17,030 bases of DNA. Origin: Candidatus Aegiribacteria sp. Its GTDB lineage: Bacteria; Fermentibacterota; Fermentibacteria; Fermentibacterales; JCC-6. Each line of letters opens with the position of its first letter. Position 1 is the first letter of the stretch. This document shows, one piece after another, positions 1-9,030 of this stretch. Both the position numbers and the translations under genes were made by a program. The notes beneath the pieces are model-generated. The model was not told where the DNA came from. It saw nothing but the letters and a program-made list of their open reading frames with translations, and ran no database searches. The stretch spans positions 1 to 17,030 of the forward strand of contig JAWOBF010000151.1 in the NCBI GenBank assembly GCA_046498225.1, in the 5' to 3' direction.

Positions 1-3000
1 GACTGATAGATTTTGTCGAGACGGGTCGAAGGGTCGTTGTCCACCAGCTTGAAGGCGGGCTCGATATCGGCTTCCTGGACCAGGTATCCTCTTTTGATGA
101 GGCGGGACAGCTCTCGAATAAGCCGTTCGACGGTCATGACCTTGGGTTCGGGACCGAGTATGTCCACCACGCTGGCGGGCTGAGAAGTGGAAGCCGCCCC
201 CGCGACGTAGAAATCGCCGTTTTCCTCCGCCGCGGCCAGGGTGCCGTAGACCCTGGATACATGTCCCTCCCTGTCCAGCTCGGTAAGCTCGTGAGAGGTT
301 ATGGAAACCGCTGCCTCTTCCTGGAAATCAACCACCTTTATGGAGGTGCCCGCCCCCTCCGTTCCGAAACTGGTGACCAGCAGTTCCTCCAGGCCGTCCC
401 CGTCGAAATCAACCGCGGTGGGAGAGTTGTAGAAGCTGCCGATAAGAGACAGCGGGAACTGGGGTCCGAAGTCCTGCCACTGCCCCGTGGAGGGATCCCT
501 GCGCCACAAATACAGATGGGGAGGAGTTCCGAAGTGGCCCCTGGCTCTGAGGGCTATCTCCAGGGAAGCGCCCCCGTCCGCCTGAAGCAGTACCGGAGTA
601 CCGCCCACCGCCGGAGAGGCCGCCTGCTGGTTGGCCATGGTCTGCGCGATCTCCTCGGCGGTCCAGAAGAAACCCGCCCTGTCGTAGAGAAGAATTCCAA
701 TTCGCTCTTCGCCTTCAACATCGATGGCTTTCTGGCAGCTTACGACTATTTCCAGCTGCGAGTCCCCGTCAACGTCACCCACTGCGCAGCCCAGGAAACG
801 ATCGAAATCGTAGCCGGAAGGAGGAGAAAGCGTCTGTCGGGCACCATTCCTCTCGATGATATAGACCTTGCCGAAGGATGTGGCCGCCACTATCTCGTCC
901 ATCCCGTCCGCGTCAACGTCTGCCACTGCCGGTCCCCCTCCGGCCGACCCGGCAAGCTGCAGAGGCCAGCCCTCGATGGCCGGTCTGGGAGTGGTGGCGT
1001 TGATGGTGGCGGGCTCTGATTCTCTTCCAATCGAGTCAATGGAGGTGACGCCTATCTGGTACTCGGTGCCGGGAGAGAGGCCGTTCACGGTTATCTGCCT
1101 TACCGGAACGGGCAGCGGGAAGACCCTGCTGCCCCGAACTCCGTCGTAGATGTATGCGTAGAAGGACTCCGGGTAAGGCGGTCCCTGCTGATCCCATACT
1201 AGGCTGATCTCATTCTGCCCGGTTTCGTACACCTCCAGCGAGACCGGGGACTGGGGCTGCTCCTCCTGCATCAGGCTGACCATGCCTACATCCACGGTCC
1301 GGGCAACGGAAGAGCTTCCCCGGCTCAGGACGACCACGTCGAAGGTACACCTGGGAAATCCCTCCGTCGTCCAGTTCGAATGACTTCCGTCCGGAAACAC
1401 GTTCAGTACCAGGTCCTCTTCCAGGGAGATGGCGCTTCCAGCCGCCAGCCAGGGAACGGTAACGGTATCCGCCAGGAAAATCTCCGGAGGGAAGACGTTG
1501 TCCACCGTCACCCGCAGGTCCCGACCCTCTCCAAGGCCGCTGTTCACCAGGAGCATGTCCTTCAGGACCACCGTGGCGTTCTGTCCGGCATTGTCGGCCC
1601 GGGGGTCCATCACTGTCAGCTGGTATTCATCGGACCTCACGGTGAGGTAGAGAGGAGAGGTCCACCTGTATGTCCCTTCCGGCCCGTCACATGTGAACGC
1701 CACCAGGAACTCCGCTACCGACCAGCTTTCCACACCCTGAGCTATCTGTACGACGAGGGGGTCCGCGGCGACTTCAAGGGAGCCGGCGGCGATGTCGGCA
1801 AATGAACACCACGGGTCCGGCATGGAGTGTATGTACTGGCCGCCGGACACCAGCCGAAGCTCAGCCTGGACGTTCGAAGCAGTCTCCCCGCCACTGTTCG
1901 CAGCCGCAGGCAGCAGCCGCACCGTTTCTCCCGGATTGGGCTGCCCGTCGCCTTCGTCCTCTACCGCGAAGCTCTCCATGGACAGCACCGGGACCGCTGC
2001 GGGCAGTACATTGATCAGCTTGCGGTCCGGAAGAAAACTGGCCACGGTTGAAGTGCCTATGTTCAGCTCGCTTCGGTGCTTGACAGCGGTGACCGTGAGC
2101 GCTTCGCCCTCGCCGCCGTACTTCGCCATCACATCGGTGAAGGTCGCCCGGCCGTTACTGTCCGTGGTTCCGATGCGGAAGATCTCATCCCTTTTCCACA
2201 GACAGACGGTGACACCGGCCACCGGCTGCGAGCCATTAGTGACGGTCACCGCTATGTCTGCCGATACACCCGCCACCAGGACCATGGAAGGAACGCTCAG
2301 CTGGAGCTGGACGGGATCGTCCCTCCATACGTTCAGCAGCGGGGGGCCGAGCAGGTTCAGAAGAACGAAGGAAATTCCGTCCGTATTCTTGGACATCCTG
2401 TGGGCTTCTCCCAGATAGCTGAGCGGCCAGTGAGGGGAGTATATCCCGTGCTGATCGTGGACGTAGCCTGTGTTGAAGAGAGCGTCCATGAACACGAAAT
2501 ACGTTACTTTCTGGTTGAACAGACCGTACCTGGCGTTGGCGATGGCAGCGACCAGCCCGTTGAACTGGGAGTTGACAAGGCCCGCCTCGACGAAGCATTC
2601 AGCCCCGTCGAAGTGCCCCGGACCGCAGCCCAGGGTCCAAAGGATCGAGGGCATGGAGTCGTTCCCCATGGTGGCGAAATCCGAGTCCCACATGAACTGG
2701 CCCAGTGTGTTCTTACCCGCCGTCGCCAGCTTGTGGGTCTCGGAATGATCGGCATGGAGTATCAGGTTGTATCCGGCGTCGAACTCCTGCAGCGCTTCTG
2801 CCCGGCACAGGTTGCCGGCCGGAAAGTCATGCGGGAAATACAGCTCTGTGGGTTCGTCCAGGTATCTGGGAACGGCAAAGGAGCTGTCCAGGAGAGCCAT
2901 CAGTTCGATCATGTCGTCGGCGCCGGTTCCGCAGATATCGTTGGAGCCCATCATGAGTAGCCGCCTGGCGAAGTCCTGGGTGACGGTTTCGGGGTCTTCG

Positions 3001-4154
3001 TAGATCATCACCTTCTGCAGCATCGTGTTCACGTCATCAGGGTCATCCACAGGCCACCTGCCGACACAAAGGTCGAGGTAGCTGTTCTGGTAATCCACGC
3101 TCCACAGCCCTCCGGCTGCCGACCAGTCTCCGTCGATATCTCCGTAATAATCGTCGGACGGCATCTGGTAGGTAGGGAACGGATATGTGTTGTACGCCCA
3201 GCCGTTGCAGTGCCTCACCGGTACGATATGGTCGTCCCCTCCCAGAATAACGGCCTGAACGCCCCAGTGGACGTGAGCGTCCCTTACGAAATTCCTTATG
3301 CGCTCAGGGGAGTCACAGCCGCTGTAGTTCTGGTCGATCCATTCCACCGTCCTCACGGTGCTCACGATTCCCTGTCTGGTCCGGTACTCGGCCACCTCCG
3401 TGAAAGCGCCCTCCAGCTCGGCTCCGGTAATTATCAGCAGGTCGACGCAATTTCCCTCATGCGAAGGGACCGAAGAGATGCTCAGGGGGGAGCCGGCCGC
3501 CGACAGTTCCTCCACCGACGCACTCCGGTACAGGCTGGTATCTTCCGGATTCGATACCAGACCCATGATACCTCTCCTCCTCATTTCGCCGCTCCATACC
3601 GTCTCCCTGGCGGGAGCCATCCGTTCCATGTCGGAGGGAGCCGTGTGAAGCCCCACTTCGGCCGACGTGAGGACCATCAGTGTGCTGTCGGATGGAGCGT
3701 AGCGGACCGGCGTGGTGGTCAGTGTGGCCACGGAGTATCCAAGGGCGGAACCCTGTCTGGTGACGGAAATCGGGGTGGAGGGATAAACCGTCTCCGCGGA
3801 ATAGATCCCGGGGTCCGGAGGAATGAAGAGGGTATCGCCGGTAAGGCCGCTCTGACGGGGGAAGGGAAGGTACTTCCCGGGAAGCTGCTCCCACGCCTCT
3901 TCGCTTATCGTAAGTGAATCCACCCTGCTGTCCGGCGGAAGCAGTACGGTTGTTGAACTGCTGGGAAGAAGGGGGTGACCGGGGGCCCATGTCCCGTCGC
4001 CGGACCCCGTGAACCCGGCTGCGCTAACCTGCTGATAGGTCACGCCGTCCACCCGCAGGGTATCGAAGGAGACATTCGAAGACCGGGCGAAGCTGTGAAG
4101 CTCCACCTCCATGAACCCGCCTGTCAGAGCAGCCAGCACCAGGAAGAAGATCAT
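1..4154 (-). CDS. Large secreted C25-family (gingipain-like) cysteine peptidase: signal peptide, C25 propeptide, C25 catalytic domain, Ig/CARDB-like domains, FN3 domain and FG-GAP repeats; 3' end outside the window
   Basis: Hand translation from ATG 4154 (MIFFLVLAALTGG...) stays open to base 1 (1384 full codons), so it has no stop in the window and is missing from the ORF track. C25 motifs: DLLIITG, IRNFVRDAHVHWGVQAVILGGD, PSDDYYGDIDG, VGRWPV, ILHADHS (putative catalytic His, 2745-2747), LWTLGCGPGHFD (putative catalytic Cys, 2625-2627), NLLGPP. FN3: ISLVW...NGLSPGTEYQIGV. FG-GAP-like: ADVDADGMDEIV, GDVDGDSQLEIV, VDFDGDGLEELLV. Confidence 0.9.
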   Translation of the reverse strand, partial: MIFFLVLAALTGGFMEVELHSFARSSNVSFDTLRVDGVTYQQVSAAGFTGSGDGTWAPGHPLLPSSSTTVLLPPDSRVDSLTISEEAWEQLPGKYLPFPRQSGLTGDTLFIPPDPGIYSAETVYPSTPISVTRQGSALGYSVATLTTTPVRYAPSDSTLMVLTSAEVGLHTAPSDMERMAPARETVWSGEMRRRGIMGLVSNPEDTSLYRSASVEELSAAGSPLSISSVPSHEGNCVDLLIITGAELEGAFTEVAEYRTRQGIVSTVRTVEWIDQNYSGCDSPERIRNFVRDAHVHWGVQAVILGGDDHIVPVRHCNGWAYNTYPFPTYQMPSDDYYGDIDGDWSAAGGLWSVDYQNSYLDLCVGRWPVDDPDDVNTMLQKVMIYEDPETVTQDFARRLLMMGSNDICGTGADDMIELMALLDSSFAVPRYLDEPTELYFPHDFPAGNLCRAEALQEFDAGYNLILHADHSETHKLATAGKNTLGQFMWDSDFATMGNDSMPSILWTLGCGPGHFDGAECFVEAGLVNSQFNGLVAAIANARYGLFNQKVTYFVFMDALFNTGYVHDQHGIYSPHWPLSYLGEAHRMSKNTDGISFVLLNLLGPPLLNVWRDDPVQLQLSVPSMVLVAGVSADIAVTVTNGSQPVAGVTVCLWKRDEIFRIGTTDSNGRATFTDVMAKYGGEGEALTVTAVKHRSELNIGTSTVASFLPDRKLINVLPAAVPVLSMESFAVEDEGDGQPNPGETVRLLPAAANSGGETASNVQAELRLVSGGQYIHSMPDPWCSFADIAAGSLEVAADPLVVQIAQGVESWSVAEFLVAFTCDGPEGTYRWTSPLYLTVRSDEYQLTVMDPRADNAGQNATVVLKDMLLVNSGLGEGRDLRVTVDNVFPPEIFLADTVTVPWLAAGSAISLEEDLVLNVFPDGSHSNWTTEGFPRCTFDVVVLSRGSSSVARTVDVGMVSLMQEEQPQSPVSLEVYETGQNEISLVWDQQGPPYPESFYAYIYDGVRGSRVFPLPVPVRQITVNGLSPGTEYQIGVTSIDSIGRESEPATINATTPRPAIEGWPLQLAGSAGGGPAVADVDADGMDEIVAATSFGKVYIIERNGARQTLSPPSGYDFDRFLGCAVGDVDGDSQLEIVVSCQKAIDVEGEERIGILLYDRAGFFWTAEEIAQTMANQQAASPAVGGTPVLLQADGGASLEIALRARGHFGTPPHLYLWRRDPSTGQWQDFGPQFPLSLIGSFYNSPTAVDFDGDGLEELLVTSFGTEGAGTSIKVVDFQEEAAVSITSHELTELDREGHVSRVYGTLAAAEENGDFYVAGAASTSQPASVVDILGPEPKVMTVERLIRELSRLIKRGYLVQEADIEPAFKLVDNDPSTRLDKIYQ

Positions 4155-4236
4155 GCTATTTCATCACATCCATTTCGCGCTGTTCCGATGTCCGACCACA
4201 GGGCCGATGGTCGGCAGCACCCCGGGACCAGGAACA

Positions 4237-4266
4237 AAAATACAGGGCGGGTCGTCCACCTGTCAA
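4237..4266 (-). promoter_or_regulatory. Candidate sigma70 promoter for the C25 peptidase gene
   Basis: Minus strand TTGACA (4266-4261), 18-nt spacer, TATTTT (4242-4237), about 80 nt upstream of the ATG at 4154. Confidence 0.45.
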
Positions 4267-4389
4267 AACCCGGCAGACCATGGAACCCCTTATTTTGATT
4301 ACAGTTCCTCCCCTGGTGACGCCGGCGTTCCGGAGGAATATTCTATACGATGTCGTGTACAATGAGCAAACAGAGAGAACGGGGGAACA

Positions 4390-5646
4390 ATGTATCCAGT
4401 GAAATTATCGTCCGCGGTGCTCATCTTCCTGGTGGCCGTGTCAGGCTGCACCGCCGAAGAGACACGGCAGTCCATCCAGGTGGAGAGGGTCCCGGACACG
4501 GTGTCAACCGACGATCTCGTGGAGGGCGGCAACAGGTTCGCCCTGGAGCTGTACCTCGAGGCGTGTGAGGGTGATCAGGCAGAAAATATTTTCTTCTCAC
4601 CCTTCAGCATTTCCTCGGCCCTGGCCATGACCTACACCGCGGCCCGGGGCGAGACCGCCGGCGAGATGGAGGAGGTGCTCCATTTCGGACTCTCCCCGGG
4701 GATGGTCGGCAGAGGGTTCAGAACGCTGATGGATGAAATGAGTTCAGGAGACCTTTCGGGAGCGGAGAGCGGGGAGCCGTTCACCCTCACCATTGCCAAC
4801 GGCCTCTGGGTTAAGGAAGGATTTCAGCTTCTGGAGGAGTATCGACAGTCGGTTGCCGAGTACTTCGACGCCGCCGTGGAGAACCTGGATTTCTCCGGTG
4901 ACCCGGAGGGCTCCAGACAGACCATCAACCGGTGGGTGGCGGAAAGGACCCTTGACAGGATACAGGACCTGATACCCCCCGGCATCCTGGGTGAAGATAC
5001 CCGGGTAGTGCTCACCAACGCCGTTTACTTCAAGGCTTCATGGGATAAGCCGTTCGATGAGAACGCCACCTCTGACGGCAGGTTCCTGCTGGCCGACGGC
5101 AGCGCCGTTGTTGTGCCGATGATGAATCAGACAGAATTCTTCAGATACTGTTCCCTCGAGGGATGCAGGGCGGTGGAACTCTTCTATGCCGGAGGGGACG
5201 CCTCTATGCTCATAGTTCTGCCCGACGGCGACATTCAGGAATTCCAGGATGATCTGGACGTTGCCGGTCTGGAGAGGATAAGGGAAAGCATGTCTTCTGT
5301 GAACCTGTCGCTCACCATGCCCAGGTTCGAGTTCACCGCGACCATGCAGCTCAGTGGAATGCTCCAGTCCATGGGCATGGAGACCGCCTTCTCGGGGGAT
5401 GCCGATCTAAGCGGTTTCACGGGAACAAAGGACCTCTACATCTCGGAGGTGATACACAAGGCTTTCGTGAAGGTGGACGAGGCCGGTACCGAAGCCGCGG
5501 CGGCTACTGCGGTGATGGTGAACATAATCTCAATGCCGCCCCCTCCTGAGGAGATGAACATCAACCGGCCCTTCATGTTCTTTATCATGGACGGGGAGAC
5601 GGGCACGATCGTCTTCATGGGACGGGTCATGGATCCCGCCGGCTGA
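4390..5646 (+). CDS. Serpin-family protease inhibitor, predicted lipoprotein
   Basis: 418 aa; lipobox-like VSG-C at residue 20; serpin motifs NIFFSPFSISSALAM, INRWVAERT, LTNAVYFKASW, inhibitory-type hinge EAGTEAAAAT and NRPFMFFI...FMGRVMDP; GGGGG RBS-like run upstream. Confidence 0.95.
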   Translation: MYPVKLSSAVLIFLVAVSGCTAEETRQSIQVERVPDTVSTDDLVEGGNRFALELYLEACEGDQAENIFFSPFSISSALAMTYTAARGETAGEMEEVLHFGLSPGMVGRGFRTLMDEMSSGDLSGAESGEPFTLTIANGLWVKEGFQLLEEYRQSVAEYFDAAVENLDFSGDPEGSRQTINRWVAERTLDRIQDLIPPGILGEDTRVVLTNAVYFKASWDKPFDENATSDGRFLLADGSAVVVPMMNQTEFFRYCSLEGCRAVELFYAGGDASMLIVLPDGDIQEFQDDLDVAGLERIRESMSSVNLSLTMPRFEFTATMQLSGMLQSMGMETAFSGDADLSGFTGTKDLYISEVIHKAFVKVDEAGTEAAAATAVMVNIISMPPPPEEMNINRPFMFFIMDGETGTIVFMGRVMDPAG

Positions 5647-6417
5647 TCAGGTCCCGGTCATCTCCAGCACTACAGGCGCGTGGTCGGACGGCCGGGTCCA
5701 TCCTCTGGGCTCCACCTGTATCCGGCAGGATACCGCCCTTCGGGCGGCTTCGGAGTTCAGGAGTACAAGGTCCAGCCTCATTCCCATGTTCCTTCTGAAG
5801 GAGGCGGCCCTGTAGTCCCACCAGCTGTACGCTTTGCCGGACGGGTTGAAGGTCCTGTAAACGTCCGTCATGCCCAGGGACAGTATCTGCCGAAGCCGTT
5901 TTCTCTCCTCCGGATGGAAGCACACCCTGCCGTCCATGGACTCGGGGTCATGGACGTCGTTCTCTTCCGGGGCAACGTTGAAGTCACCCACCACGGCGAG
6001 GGGGCCTTCGGCTGAGATGTTCCCTATGTAATCCCTGAGCCGTTCCAGGAACTCCAGCTTGTCCCTGAACCTGTCCAGGGTCACGTCTCCTCCGTTGGGC
6101 ACGTAGACGTTCACTACGGTAATGTCCGGGAACCTGACGGTGATGACCCGCTTCTGCTCTTTCATGAAGCCTCCCGGCAGGTCCGGCACAACCTCCTCGG
6201 GTTCTGTCCGGGAGAGAACGGCCACACCGTTCCAGGTCTTCTGACCGTTGGCCGAGAGAGCGTATCCCATAGCGGCGAAGGCTTCGGCGGGGAACAGGCG
6301 GTTCTCCACCTTGACCTCCTGCATGCACAGGATATCGGGGGACTCCTCGCCAAGCCACCGAAGCACCAGTTCCTCCCTGGCCCTTATTGAGTTCACGTTC
6401 CAGGTAGCTAGTTTCAA
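5647..6417 (-). CDS. xth: Exodeoxyribonuclease III / AP endonuclease
   Basis: 256 aa, TTG start; motifs ATWNVNSIR, LCMQEVK, NVYVPNG, GDFNVAP, YSWWDYR, GMRLD, SDHAPV. Confidence 0.95.
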   Translation of the reverse strand: MKLATWNVNSIRAREELVLRWLGEESPDILCMQEVKVENRLFPAEAFAAMGYALSANGQKTWNGVAVLSRTEPEEVVPDLPGGFMKEQKRVITVRFPDITVVNVYVPNGGDVTLDRFRDKLEFLERLRDYIGNISAEGPLAVVGDFNVAPEENDVHDPESMDGRVCFHPEERKRLRQILSLGMTDVYRTFNPSGKAYSWWDYRAASFRRNMGMRLDLVLLNSEAARRAVSCRIQVEPRGWTRPSDHAPVVLEMTGT

Positions 6418-6477
6418 ACCGGTTCCATTCCAGGCCGGAGGCCGTTGTCTGCCCGCGGCAGAAGGATCATTTGGGGA

Positions 6478-6512
6478 TTAATAGAATCGTGGACTTTCCG
6501 TGTCAACGGAAA
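6478..6512 (-). promoter_or_regulatory. Candidate sigma70 promoter for xth, overlapped by an inverted repeat
   Basis: Minus strand TTGACA (6506-6501), 17 nt, TATTAA (6483-6478); the -35 lies inside the palindrome TTTCCGT-gtca-ACGGAAA (6495-6512). Confidence 0.45.
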
Positions 6513-6594
6513 AGGGGACCGAATCCGCCGAAACGCACGTTCATGGGAAACCCCCGGAGGATGGCGGACGGGTAGATATTCAAAAAAATCAAAC

Positions 6595-6658
6595 AATATA
6601 ATAGTAAGAACATCAATGTCAAGCAATATTTGACAAATAACTATTCCGTTTGTATATC
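6595..6658. promoter_or_regulatory. Back-to-back divergent sigma70-like promoters in an AT-rich tract
   Basis: TGTCAA (6617-6622)-N7-TTGACA (6630-6635). Plus strand: TTGACA, 17 nt, TATATC (6653-6658). Minus strand: TTGACA, 16 nt, TATATT (6600-6595). Confidence 0.5.
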
Positions 6659-6696
6659 TGATTGCAGAGAAGGGGTTTCTTAGAAAGGAGCCTGAC

Positions 6697-7479
6697 ATGA
6701 AAACCTTCCATACCGTTCTCACTGCCTTCCTGATTCTTTCCACGGCGGCTTTCGCCGAAGAATGCACAAGGATGGAGACCTTGACCGTTTCCCTCTCTTC
6801 GGGTGACCCGGTGGAGATATACAATCTCAACGGTAACATCCGGTTCGAGGAATGGGATTCGGAGGACCTGGAGCTGAGCTACACGATAACATGCGGTGAC
6901 CAGAGGGCCATGGATCACGTGACAGTAGACCTCGATACCGGATCGGGCCTGTTGTGCAGCGTTGAATACGATGACGAATACCGGTATTTCAACGACAGCA
7001 GCGTAGATTTCGTCGTCAAGTTGCCCTCCCGCATGCACCTTGAACTTGAGACCGCGTTCATGGACGGGGACATCTACCTGCATGGGGGACGGGGCGCAGC
7101 CACGCTGGAACTGGTTAGGGGCAACATCGAAGTGGCCGACTTCGATGGAGAACTGACCGCGGTCCTGGTGACCGGCGAAATGACCTTGAGCGGCGTGCCC
7201 GGGCTGAAGCAGCTGGACCTGGTGAATGGCGCCATCGACTGTGAAATGCTCTCGATGCTGGGAGACCTGGAGATCAATACCATAAGCGGGGACGTGAAGC
7301 TGACGCTCGGGACCCTGGGCAGGGTTGCGATAGAGACAATATCCGGCGATATTCATGTGGCCGAAAGCTTTGGAGCCGATGTCAGCGAGAGCTACGTGGG
7401 AAGGTCCGCGGATTTCGGCGGGGGAGATCATAACATAAAGATCAGCACGGTATCCGGTGATGTTTCGGTAATGGACTAG
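6697..7479 (+). CDS. Secreted DUF4097-like (putative adhesin) beta-strand repeat protein
   Basis: 260 aa; signal peptide MKTFHTVLTAFLILSTAAFA; repeated T-x-x-G-D-[IV] units (NLNGNI, FMDGDI, TISGDV, TISGDI, TVSGDV); AAAGGAG RBS upstream. Confidence 0.8.
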   Translation: MKTFHTVLTAFLILSTAAFAEECTRMETLTVSLSSGDPVEIYNLNGNIRFEEWDSEDLELSYTITCGDQRAMDHVTVDLDTGSGLLCSVEYDDEYRYFNDSSVDFVVKLPSRMHLELETAFMDGDIYLHGGRGAATLELVRGNIEVADFDGELTAVLVTGEMTLSGVPGLKQLDLVNGAIDCEMLSMLGDLEINTISGDVKLTLGTLGRVAIETISGDIHVAESFGADVSESYVGRSADFGGGDHNIKISTVSGDVSVMD

Positions 7480-7496
7480 CCGAAGCCGATCTTCAC

Positions 7497-7531
7497 GGGG
7501 CTGTCACCTTCGCGGGCGGCGGCCCCTTTTT
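7497..7531 (+). terminator. Intrinsic (Rho-independent) terminator
   Basis: Stem GGGGCTGTC / GGCGGCCCC (9 bp including G-U pairs) followed by TTTTT, 17 nt after the stop at 7479. Confidence 0.7.
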
Positions 7532-7618
7532 CCGGTCAGCCACCTCCGCCATTATCAGCAGTTGTCCGAACACGTTCTCCAGCAGAGGCGTTTAACACTT
7601 ACACCGGGCGGATCCCTG

Positions 7619-9004
7619 ATGACAGAACGCTCCCCTGCCTCCTACAGGGAAATCATCGCAGTTTCCTTTCCCATAATCGCGGCCATGGCCGGCAGGACGA
7701 TCATGATGTTCTGCGACAGGCTTTTCCTGGCCCAGCACAGCCAGCTCGAGCTGCAGGCGGCCCTGCCCGCGGGCATACTGAGTTTTACCCTGATGAGCAT
7801 ATTCTACGGCACGATTTCCTATTCCGGCACTTTCGTGGCTCAGTACTTCGGTGCCGAGGACAGGGAAGGCTGTTCCCGGTCGCTCGCCCAGGGACTCTTC
7901 CTCACCATGTTCTCCGCTCCTCTGCTTGCCGCCATGGCTGTGCCCGGCAGCCTTCTCCTTGGTCTGGCCGGTCATCCTCCCGAGGTTCTGGAACTGGAGA
8001 GGGTCTACTTCCGCATAATGATGTTTTCCGCCGCGGGTCCCATATTCACAGCCGCCTCCTCCTCATTCTGGAACGGCAGGGGGAAAACCGTCCATACCAT
8101 GCTGGCCGTCCTGGCCGGGGCGGCAGTGAACATCTTCCTGGACTACGTGATGATATTCGGCAGGCTGGGTTTCCCTGAGATGGGCATACAGGGAGCCGCG
8201 CTGGCCACCGCGTTCGCTTCCTTCATACCCGGAGGTATCCTCACGGTGGCGGCTTATACGGGGAAGACGGCCGCAGAGTTCAGGACGAGGGAGAACTTCA
8301 GGTTCTCCGGCAGGCTCACCGGCAGGATACTCAGGTTCGGTTTTCCAGCGGGACTCCAGATTTTCATGGACGTGGCCAGCTTCACCATCTTCATATTCAT
8401 AGCGGGAAGGCTGGGAACGGTTGACTTCACGGCCAACAACCTTGTTTTCAGTGTGAACAACCTCGTATTCAACCCTCTGCTCGGTTTCGGGTTCGCCACC
8501 ACGGTTATAGTAGGAAGGTGCATAGGCATGAGAAGGACGGACCTGGCGGTGAGGGCCACCAGGAGGACCCTGCTGCTCTCGCTAATCTATTTCGTTCCCC
8601 TGGCGGTATCCTTCGTCCTCGTCCCCGGTTTCTATACCAGGATGTTCTTCAGCCCGGACTCGGCGTGTACGCTGGAAGAGCTGTCGTCCACCGCGGCGAA
8701 GCTCCTGGCGATTGTGGCGGCCTGGGGAGTATTCGACGCGGTGAGCCTTATGTACGGCGGAGCGCTGAGGGGGGCGGGCGACACTAAGTTCGTGGTTTAC
8801 GTATCCGGCTTCCTCGCCTGGCTTTTCTGGGTGCCCGGCGTGCTATACCTCTACGCGGTGAAGGATGCCGGTATCGTTTCTCTGTGGCTGTTCACCAGCC
8901 TCTACGTGGCGATATTCGGCCTCCTGTTCTTCCTGCGGTTCCGCAGCGGCGCATGGAAAAACATCGACCTTCTGGGACGGGAGGGGACGGAGGTCCGCTA
9001 CTGA
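7619..9004 (+). CDS. MATE-family efflux transporter
   Basis: Highly hydrophobic, about 12 TM segments; MATE motifs FVAQYFGA, NIFLDYVMIFGRLGFPEMGIQGAALAT, GALRGAGDT. ATG 7619 preferred over TTG 7562; start uncertain. Confidence 0.92.
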   Translation: MTERSPASYREIIAVSFPIIAAMAGRTIMMFCDRLFLAQHSQLELQAALPAGILSFTLMSIFYGTISYSGTFVAQYFGAEDREGCSRSLAQGLFLTMFSAPLLAAMAVPGSLLLGLAGHPPEVLELERVYFRIMMFSAAGPIFTAASSSFWNGRGKTVHTMLAVLAGAAVNIFLDYVMIFGRLGFPEMGIQGAALATAFASFIPGGILTVAAYTGKTAAEFRTRENFRFSGRLTGRILRFGFPAGLQIFMDVASFTIFIFIAGRLGTVDFTANNLVFSVNNLVFNPLLGFGFATTVIVGRCIGMRRTDLAVRATRRTLLLSLIYFVPLAVSFVLVPGFYTRMFFSPDSACTLEELSSTAAKLLAIVAAWGVFDAVSLMYGGALRGAGDTKFVVYVSGFLAWLFWVPGVLYLYAVKDAGIVSLWLFTSLYVAIFGLLFFLRFRSGAWKNIDLLGREGTEVRY

Positions 9005-9030
9005 CACCGGTCCTTATCTTCGACTCGGCC

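Noticed and set aside
4192..4214. Hairpin CCGACCA-N9-TGGTCGG in the C25 leader
   Set aside because: A 7-bp stem with no U-tract or known motif is expected by chance in GC-rich DNA.
261..4365. Many plus-strand ORFs (e.g. 261-1019, 1792-2418, 2076-2960, 3210-3917)
   Set aside because: They are antisense shadows of the long minus-strand C25 gene in GC-rich DNA and have no recognisable motifs. The same applies to shadow ORFs over the other genes.
6455..6490. Resemblance of GAAGGATCATTTGGGGATTAAT to the c-di-AMP (ydaO) riboswitch core
   Set aside because: The flanking GCTGAATCC and CCCGNCAGCTAAC elements and the required helices are absent.
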